64,000 bases of DNA, from the NCBI GenBank assembly GCA_965237735.1, contig CBDEFV010000007.1:399305-463304 (forward strand), in the 5' to 3' direction. A program made the position numbers and the translations under genes. Within the stretch, counting starts at the first letter, position 1. Every line of letters starts with the position of its first letter. This stretch comes from Candidatus Porifericomitales bacterium (lineage in GTDB: Bacteria; Pseudomonadota; Gammaproteobacteria; CBDEFV01). Shown one piece after another: positions 57,579 through 64,000 of the stretch. The notes under the pieces were generated by a model that saw only the letters and a program-made list of their open reading frames with translations, did not search any database and was not told where the DNA came from.

Positions 57579-59292
57579 AGCTGTTTCTCAGGTGGCGGCG
57601 CAGATCGTCGAAGGACTCCTGCAGGGGTGCGAGGAGGGGAAAGCGCAGCTTGCGCAGGCTGGCGCCGCTCCACCAGAAGCCCTCTCCCTGGGGCAGCGAC
57701 ATCAGATACTGTGGCGGCAACAGCGGCCGCCACAGCTCGCCCTGCTGCTCCTGATCGGAAGTGAAAAAGGCGGCTCCGCGGCTGACCGTCGAACTGCCGG
57801 AAGAGCGGGTTTCCACCGGCGCCTCCTGCAGACGGGAACAGAAGGCGTCGGCCGTGTCCCCGTCGCGCAGGCGCAGGGAGATGAGGTTGTTGAAGTTGCC
57901 CAACATCTGCAGGCCGCGGTCGCGTGAGCCCGAGCCCACATGCAGATCCCACAGCGTCTGGCTGTAGGCAAAGACGTCGACCCCGGCCCCGGCCCCCTTG
58001 TTGACGAGCTGCATGACTTCTTCGCTGAGGGCCTCGCCGAACTCGTCTATATGCATGCGAATCGGCGGCGCCGCCTGCCTGCCGCGACCGGCGGCCGGGA
58101 AGCCGCGCTCGGGGCCGAAGAGATAGAGCTCGGAGACGACCGAAGTGACGGCCGCCAGGATGGCCGAACCGACGATGCGGGCAATATCGGCATTGCCGAG
58201 GGCGTCCGTGCCTATATAGACGACGGCTCCCTGGCGAACGGCGGCGCGCCAGTTCAACAGGGGCCGCCTGTCGCCGCCGTCGCTGTAGCCCGGCGACAGG
58301 ATGCCCTCCAGTCCGGGGGCGTTCAGCTGGGCCAGCAGAGACAGCAGAGACGGCAGCAGCCTGGTGCGGATCTCCTCGTGGCGATTGCAGAACAGACGCA
58401 GCTCCTCGGCCTCCCTGCTCTTTTCCGCTTCGGCGGCGAGAAAATCGCGCGGCCGCGCCAGCACCTCGGCGATGAGCCTGTAGGTCGGTTGCCGGCCCAG
58501 GCGCAACAGCGCCCGCACAGCCAGATCGACATAGCCCCAGGCAATGCCGGCAAAGGCCTCGCTGTCGCCTCCCCGCGGCAGGCCGGCGACGACGCGGGTG
58601 GCGATGTCGGCCGATGTCTGCGCCTGCTCCAGAGGGTTGTGGCGGGCGCTCTCGCCCCAGTGCCGCAGGTGGAGAAACATGAAATCGCTCCTGCGGTCGG
58701 CGCGGCGGCACTCATGCAACATGCGCAGGGCCAGGCCCTCGTCGCCCTTGGGATCGAGGTAGATCACCGTGTCTCCACTGTGGATCTGCTGGCCGATGAG
58801 GATTTCAGCGAGGCGGGACTTGCCCGAGCGGGTTGAGCCGAGCACGAGGGCATGGCCGAGAAAGTCCAGGGGTCTGGCGCGGATCTGCCGCTCCTCAAAC
58901 AGGCCGAGGCCGTGCAGCATGGGGTCTCCGGCGCCGAGCTCCACCGATCTGATCAGGCCGGTGCTGCGGGCGCGCTCGATCTCAAGGGCCCGCCGGCTGT
59001 GCTCGCCGCTCCAGGTGAAGCCGCGCCCGAGATAGAGCGAGCTGCGGCTGCGGGGACAGGAGCTCAGGGACAGGGAGCGCCTGTGGCAGAGGGCGCGCCT
59101 GTAGCACCAGGCGCGGATCAGGCCGGCCGCCCGCGCCAGCAGCAGGACGGCAAAGAGCGCCAGCACGGCGCCGGCCTCGGTGCTGCTCAGCGGCCAGGGC
59201 TTCACCCAGCCGCTGTACAGGCACAGGATGGCAATCAGGAGCGCCGCCAGAACGGGCACTTCATGCAGCGGCCTCAGACTCGGTCTGAACAT
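57565..59292 (-). CDS. traD: Conjugative coupling protein TraD/TraG-family (ICE PFGI-1 class)
   Basis: Start MFRPSLRPLHEVPVLAALLIAILCLYSGW (two TM helices). Walker A LVLGSTRSGKSRLAE; HIDEFGE. ~575 aa. Confidence 0.85.
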   Translation of the reverse strand: MFRPSLRPLHEVPVLAALLIAILCLYSGWVKPWPLSSTEAGAVLALFAVLLLARAAGLIRAWCYRRALCHRRSLSLSSCPRSRSSLYLGRGFTWSGEHSRRALEIERARSTGLIRSVELGAGDPMLHGLGLFEERQIRARPLDFLGHALVLGSTRSGKSRLAEILIGQQIHSGDTVIYLDPKGDEGLALRMLHECRRADRRSDFMFLHLRHWGESARHNPLEQAQTSADIATRVVAGLPRGGDSEAFAGIAWGYVDLAVRALLRLGRQPTYRLIAEVLARPRDFLAAEAEKSREAEELRLFCNRHEEIRTRLLPSLLSLLAQLNAPGLEGILSPGYSDGGDRRPLLNWRAAVRQGAVVYIGTDALGNADIARIVGSAILAAVTSVVSELYLFGPERGFPAAGRGRQAAPPIRMHIDEFGEALSEEVMQLVNKGAGAGVDVFAYSQTLWDLHVGSGSRDRGLQMLGNFNNLISLRLRDGDTADAFCSRLQEAPVETRSSGSSTVSRGAAFFTSDQEQQGELWRPLLPPQYLMSLPQGEGFWWSGASLRKLRFPLLAPLQESFDDLRRHLRNSYAHA

Positions 59293-59293
59293 C

Positions 59294-60124
59294 TCAGAGC
59301 TCCGCGGCAGAGGCGTCCCGGCGGCGGGGACTGCGCTGACCGAACCCCGGCCCTGTGTCGATCTGGCCCGGCTCCCAGGCAGCCGCCCTGCCCTGCCGGC
59401 GAATCTCTCTCCTCGCCGGCTCGGCGACAGCCAGGAGCTCGCCGGGGGCCGGCGATCCGTGGCGGGGGAACTGGGATCCGGCGGCCTCCGCTGCCCCGGG
59501 GACGCCGGCGGAAACCGCCGTCGGGGAGTCGGCAGGGCCCGACAGAAAACCGCCGCGGCCGCAGACAAAGGAGAGCAGCGCCCGCCACATAGACTGCTCC
59601 TCAAGCAGCCAGGAGAGGCCGCAGGCGGGAACCAGGTAGGGCAGTAAAACAAAGGCCTCCTCCGGCCAGTCGCGCTCCTCCCTGTCGAGCACCCGCGCCT
59701 TCTTGATGCCGAGGCGCGAGGGCGTGCCGCAGAAGAGGCTCCAGAACTCGCCGCCGGGACCGCGCAGCCGACAGGGACCCTGCTGTTGCCAGAGGCGGCG
59801 GGTGATGATTGCCACTGTCAGGGCGTAGGTGCGGCGCTCCTCGGCCTCCGCCGCCAGGCTGTCGTAGCGCGCCTGGCCGCGGCAGGCCGCCAGCTCAGCC
59901 AGCAGCGGCTGGACGAAGTTGCGCCAGCTGCCGGGCGCCGCCGGTATCAGGAGGGAGCGGGTGTTCCTGACCAGAGGGCGGTAGAGCCGCTGCCACTGCC
60001 ACAGGGACACGCCCGTCGCGCGGTAGAGGGCGATATCCAGCGGAGCCAGCTGGGAAAAGCTCTCGTTGACGCTGAGCGCCCGCCGGTCAAGGCGTCGATT
60101 GGAGGGGATGTGCGAAGGCATAGC
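59294..60124 (-). CDS. ICE-associated protein of unknown function, upstream of traD
   Basis: ~276 aa. No motifs recognised. A lower-GC, AT-rich patch at 60125-60215 upstream may hold the operon promoter. Confidence 0.4.
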   Translation of the reverse strand, partial: AMPSHIPSNRRLDRRALSVNESFSQLAPLDIALYRATGVSLWQWQRLYRPLVRNTRSLLIPAAPGSWRNFVQPLLAELAACRGQARYDSLAAEAEERRTYALTVAIITRRLWQQQGPCRLRGPGGEFWSLFCGTPSRLGIKKARVLDREERDWPEEAFVLLPYLVPACGLSWLLEEQSMWRALLSFVCGRGGFLSGPADSPTAVSAGVPGAAEAAGSQFPRHGSPAPGELLAVAEPARREIRRQGRAAAWEPGQIDTGPGFGQRSPRRRDASAAEL

Positions 60125-60384
60125 CAATATCTTGGCGCTGGCTCTATATTTAATGGTGGTAGTTTTTCTCACTTTGATTTTTCCGTCATGTTCAACGCCG
60201 ATTTTTTTTGTCCGCCGGCTTTTTTCAGGCCGCCCCCGCCCTCCCTTAAATCGCTCTCGGCCCCTGCTCTGACTGGCCCTCTGCTGATTTTCAACGGCGG
60301 GCTGCCGGCTGCGCCTGAAGGGTGCCTCCGGGTCCCCCGGGCGATGCCCCGGCAGTGGAACTGTAAAAACTAGCGGCCGGGGCC

Positions 60385-61725
60385 ATGGCTGAAAAAAACC
60401 GATCGAGGCCGCTTGCCGGCATGGATCTCTCGGCCGGCGCCCAGCCGTTGGCCGACCGCATGCGGCCGCGCAATATCGAGGACATGGTCGGCCAGGAGGA
60501 GCTGCTGGCCGAGGGGGCGGCGCTGCGCCGCGCCCTTGTCGAGGGGCACCTGCACTCGATGATTTTCTGGGGGCCGCCCGGCAGCGGCAAAACCACCCTG
60601 GCGCGTCTCGTGGCCCAGTACTGGCAGGCCGAGATCCGCCTGCTGTCGGCCGTCTCGAGCGGCGTCCAGCAACTGCGCAAAGTGGCTGAAGAGGCCGCAG
60701 CCCTGGTCAGCGCCGAGGGGCGGCGCACGGTCCTCTTCATCGACGAGGTGCACCGCTTCAACAAGGTGCAGCAGGATGTGCTCCTGCCCCATGTCGAGAA
60801 CGGCGTTCTGATCTTTGTCGGCGCGACCACCGAGAATCCCTCTTTCGAGGTGCGGCCGGCCCTGCTCTCGCGGGCCCGCGTCTATGTGCTGAAACCTCTG
60901 GCCGAAGAGGAGCTGGCGACGCTGTTGCAGAAAGCCGTCGGGGACTCCGAGCGCGGCCTCGGCGGCAGCGGCGTCGCCCTGCAGGACAGGGCCGCCCGGT
61001 TGATCGCCGCCGCCGCCCACGGCGATGCCCGGCGCGCGCTCAACATCCTGGCGGCCGCGGCGGCCCTGGCCGAAGGGGAGATCGGCGAGGACATCGCCGC
61101 CCAGGCCGTCGGCGACTACATACCGGTGCAGTTCGACAAGGGCGGCGAGTCTTTTTACGATCTCATCTCGGCCCTGCACAAGTCGGTGCGGGGCTCGGAC
61201 CCGGACGCCTCCCTCTTGTGGATGGCGCGCATGCTCGCCGGCGGCTGCGATCCCCTCTATGTCGCCCGCCGGGTGCTGCGCATCGCCAGCGAAGACATCG
61301 GCAACGCCGATCCGCGGGCGCTGACGGTGGCCCTGGCTGCCTGGGATAGCTATCTTCGCTTGGGCAGCCCCGAGGGCGAGCTGGCGATTGCCCAAGCCGT
61401 GATCTATCTGGCCTGCGCCCCCAAGAGCAACGCCAGTTACCGCGCCTTTGGCGAGGCCATGGAGTGCGCCCGCGAACTCGGCGACAAGCCGCCGCCCAAG
61501 TATCTGCGCAACGCCCCGACCCAATTAATGAAGGCCCTCGACTACGGCAAAGGCTACCGCTGCGCCCACGACGAGCCCGACGGCTACGCCGCCGGCGTCC
61601 ATTATTTTCCCGAGGGGGTCGAGCCGCGGGAGTTTTATCAGCCGGTCGAGCGGGGTCTTGAGATCCGCATCAGGGAGCGCCTGCTCGGCCTGCACGAGCT
61701 GGCGAAAAAGGCGGCGAAAAAATAG
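60385..61725 (+). CDS. rarA: Replication-associated recombination protein A (AAA+ ATPase MgsA/RarA)
   Basis: GPPGSGKTTLA Walker A, DEVHRFNK Walker B, and a C-terminal MgsA domain (PKSNASY...KYLRNAPTQLMKALDYGKGYRCAHDEPDGY). Confidence 0.9.
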   Translation: MAEKNRSRPLAGMDLSAGAQPLADRMRPRNIEDMVGQEELLAEGAALRRALVEGHLHSMIFWGPPGSGKTTLARLVAQYWQAEIRLLSAVSSGVQQLRKVAEEAAALVSAEGRRTVLFIDEVHRFNKVQQDVLLPHVENGVLIFVGATTENPSFEVRPALLSRARVYVLKPLAEEELATLLQKAVGDSERGLGGSGVALQDRAARLIAAAAHGDARRALNILAAAAALAEGEIGEDIAAQAVGDYIPVQFDKGGESFYDLISALHKSVRGSDPDASLLWMARMLAGGCDPLYVARRVLRIASEDIGNADPRALTVALAAWDSYLRLGSPEGELAIAQAVIYLACAPKSNASYRAFGEAMECARELGDKPPPKYLRNAPTQLMKALDYGKGYRCAHDEPDGYAAGVHYFPEGVEPREFYQPVERGLEIRIRERLLGLHELAKKAAKK

Positions 61726-61737
61726 CCCGAGCCGGCC

Positions 61738-63261
61738 TCAGGGCATCTCGCCGACGTCGACCGCCTCGTGCTGGGGGCGGTCGACATAGTTGCCGCCGAA
61801 GTCGGCCGGATGGTCGCCTGCGGGCGACTCGAAGAGGGTGTACTCCTGGTGGTAGTTGAGCTTAATCGTTCCCGTCGGGCCGTTGCGGTGCTTGCCGATG
61901 ATAAGCTCGGCCACGCCCTTCTCTTCGCTGTCCTCCCTGTAGTATTCGTCACGATAGATGAAGACGATCAGGTCGGCGTCCTGCTCAATGGCCCCTGAAT
62001 CGCGCAGGTCCGACAGGCGCGGCCGCTTCGCTTCGCGCTTTTCCAGATCGCGGTTGAGCTGCGCCAGGACGATGACCGGCAGGCCGAATTCCCGCGCCAG
62101 CGATTTCAGCTCGCGCGATATCTCGGTGATCTCCTGAAAACGCTCCTGCCGCCTCTTGCTGCCGTCACCGGTCAGCATCTGCAGATAGTCGAGAATGACG
62201 AGATCGAGACCGTCGGCCCGGCGCATGATCTGGCGCAGCCGCCGGCGCACGTCGAGGACGCTCAGGGTCGGGCTCTCATCGACATAGATCGAGGCCCCGC
62301 CGAGCAGGCTGACGGCTGAGTTGATCGAAGCCCATTGCTTGTCCCTGAGCCTGCCTTTGGACAAGTGGCTCAGGTCGACGCGGCCCAGGGAGGCCAGCAT
62401 GCGCATGACCAGCTGTTCGGCCGACATTTCAAGGCTGAAGATCGCCACCTTGCCTTTGTTCGACCCGAGGGCGACATTCTGGGCGATGTTGAGGGCCAGG
62501 CTCGTCTTGCCCATGGAGGGCCGGGCGGCGATGACGACCATGTCGGATTTCTGCAGCCCCGAGGTCAGGTGGTCGAGCTGGCTGAAACCCGTGGCCAGGC
62601 CGCTGATGTCGCTGCCGGCGTCGCAGAGTTCCTGAATCCGCTGCAGCACATCCTCGCGCACATCGCTGACCAGGCGAAAACCCTTGCCGACCTCGAGGCG
62701 ACCGCCTAGCTGAAAGATACGCCCTTCGGCTTCGTCGAGCAGCTCCTTGGCCGACTTCCCGCCCCTGTTTAAGCTCTGACTGACGAAGTCCCTGCCGGCA
62801 CGAATCAGCTGGCGGCAGATGGCGCTCTCGCGAATCAGATGGGCATAGACCTCGATCTCGCCGAGGTTCAGGGGGCTCTCGGCCAGCTGCAGCAGATAGT
62901 CGACTCCGCCGACCGACGGGGCCAGCCCGCGGCTGTCGAGCTGGTCGTGCACCGTCAGCGGATCAACAAGTTTGTGCTGCCTGGCCGCGGCCTCCATGGC
63001 GGCGAAAATATGGCGGTGGGCCGGAGAGTAAAACTCCTCGGCGAGCACCAGGCCCTCGATCTTGTCCCAGGAGGATCTGTCGCTCAGCAGAGAACCGAGC
63101 AACCCCTTTTCGGCGTCTGGGGAATGGGGAACCGCAGTCGTCAGCTCCGCTGCCGTCCCCCCGGCTTCCTCCTCCGCCAGGCGCCCGGGGTCGGCGTCGA
63201 GGCCCGGGTCGTCCCGCACCTCGACATCGGCAGCGGCAGCCTTAGCCCTTTTGGCGTTCAC
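61738..63261 (-). CDS. dnaB: Replicative DNA helicase DnaB
   Basis: EKGLLGSLL (DnaB N-domain); Walker A ARPSMGKTSLALNIA; ILDYLQM; LAQLNRDLEKR. GTG start overlaps the rplI stop (GTGA). Confidence 0.9.
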   Translation of the reverse strand: MNAKRAKAAAADVEVRDDPGLDADPGRLAEEEAGGTAAELTTAVPHSPDAEKGLLGSLLSDRSSWDKIEGLVLAEEFYSPAHRHIFAAMEAAARQHKLVDPLTVHDQLDSRGLAPSVGGVDYLLQLAESPLNLGEIEVYAHLIRESAICRQLIRAGRDFVSQSLNRGGKSAKELLDEAEGRIFQLGGRLEVGKGFRLVSDVREDVLQRIQELCDAGSDISGLATGFSQLDHLTSGLQKSDMVVIAARPSMGKTSLALNIAQNVALGSNKGKVAIFSLEMSAEQLVMRMLASLGRVDLSHLSKGRLRDKQWASINSAVSLLGGASIYVDESPTLSVLDVRRRLRQIMRRADGLDLVILDYLQMLTGDGSKRRQERFQEITEISRELKSLAREFGLPVIVLAQLNRDLEKREAKRPRLSDLRDSGAIEQDADLIVFIYRDEYYREDSEEKGVAELIIGKHRNGPTGTIKLNYHQEYTLFESPAGDHPADFGGNYVDRPQHEAVDVGEMP

Positions 63262-63713
63262 GCCTCCTCACTGGCCTCGACTTCGACGGTGAGGGCGATC
63301 TTCCGCTCGCCGACCTGCAGGTTGACTTCGTGTACGCCGAGGGTGTTGATCCTGCCGCCCGGCAGCTCGACATGGCGCTCTTCGATCTCCATTTTGTGCT
63401 GTTCGCCGAGCTCCCGGACGATTGTCCTGCTGTTGACCGAGCCGTAGAGGGTGCCGGCTTCGCTGACTCTGGCCGCGATCTTCAGACGAAGCTTCTCGAG
63501 GGTGGCGGCGTATTCGACGAGTTCTTTTTCCTTCTGTTTACGCTCTTTCTCGGCGTTCTTCTGCAGCATGCGGTACTCTTCGATCAGTTCTGGCGTCGGC
63601 CTCAATGCCAGCTTTTTCGGCAGCAGCCAGTTGCGGGCATAGCCGTCGCGGACCTCGACGATATCGCCGATGTGGCCGAGGTTGGCGACGCTCTCAGTCA
63701 AAAGAATCTTCAT
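63258..63713 (-). CDS. rplI: 50S ribosomal protein L9
   Basis: MKILLTESVANLGHIGDIVEVRDGYARNWLLPKKLA..., 151 aa, in the canonical position upstream of dnaB. Confidence 0.9.
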   Translation of the reverse strand: MKILLTESVANLGHIGDIVEVRDGYARNWLLPKKLALRPTPELIEEYRMLQKNAEKERKQKEKELVEYAATLEKLRLKIAARVSEAGTLYGSVNSRTIVRELGEQHKMEIEERHVELPGGRINTLGVHEVNLQVGERKIALTVEVEASEEA

Positions 63714-63811
63714 AAATACAGCTTCCTTGAGAAAAGATTAACATCAGAAAAATAGAGCCCCCCTGAAGGCGGTGAAATTCGCGGGGCCTTAAACAGTATA
63801 ATGACACAACT

Positions 63812-64000
63812 AGTCCGCTTGCCGCCCAAAGCGATTGCGAAAATCGAACCAGTTGTCGACAAGTCCCGCCAGGGCATAGCCCCAGAGGATCAGGGGCAGA
63901 AAAATCGCCGCCAGCAGGAGGGCGTAGACGAACAGAATCAGACCGCCGCCGAGGCCGCGGGAGGCCGCGAGGGCATGGAAGAGCGCCACCCCCTGAACTG
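63812..64000 (-). CDS. 3' end of a membrane-protein gene (5' part outside window)
   Basis: Minus-strand frame reads ...FHALAASRGLGGGLILFVYALLLAAIFLPLILWGYALAGLVDNWFDFRNRFGRQAD*. The stop is at ~63812. Confidence 0.35.

Noticed and set aside
1-64000. CRISPR arrays, tRNA/rRNA genes, an integrase at the T4SS cluster ends, and a rhombosortase near the GlyGly-CTERM-like genes
   Set aside because: No spacer-repeat architecture, cloverleaf candidates or tyrosine/serine recombinase motifs were found by eye. No rhomboid-like polytopic protease is present among the ORFs in the window.

Overview
High-GC (~67%) proteobacterial chromosome segment with gamma/beta-like synteny (bamD<->rluD-pgeF; rplI-dnaB). 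Four blocks:

(1) leuA, 339-1895 (-).

(2) A ~27-kb module (2829-29906) bounded by ~680-bp inverted repeats. Each repeat carries a sigma70-like promoter, a long GC-rich leader and a Sec signal peptide. They drive two convergent paralogous giant genes, A (3254-15190, +, ~3980 aa) and B (17151-29366, -, ~4070 aa). Both are built from Calx-beta-like repeats and end in a Gly-run + hydrophobic helix + RRRR tail resembling GlyGly-CTERM/rhombosortase sorting signals. Gene A alone has a 22-nt poly-G tract in its leader. Between and beside the genes lie arrays of promoterless tail cassettes, and a chimeric mosaic of fragments copied from an alpha/beta-hydrolase and from pgeF.

(3) Core genes: alpha/beta hydrolase, metY, bamD, rluD, pgeF, and a small secreted protein carrying the same C-terminal tail.

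(4) A ~23-kb ICE-type (MPF-G / PFGI-1-ICEclc-like) type IV secretion cluster, traG...traD, with no integrase or relaxase in the window. It is followed by rarA, dnaB, rplI and a partial membrane-protein gene.

The most striking feature is repeated tandem amplification (2-6 copies, 93-281 bp) of gene-boundary segments at nine or more loci: bamD/metY, pgeF/small protein, traH 3' end, traW/traU, traC/next gene, traB/lipoprotein, both giant-gene tails, and trbC internal. Many sit exactly on ATGA stop/start overlaps.

No tRNA, rRNA or CRISPR was seen. Most long ORFs antisense to the giant genes and tra genes are GC-driven artefacts.
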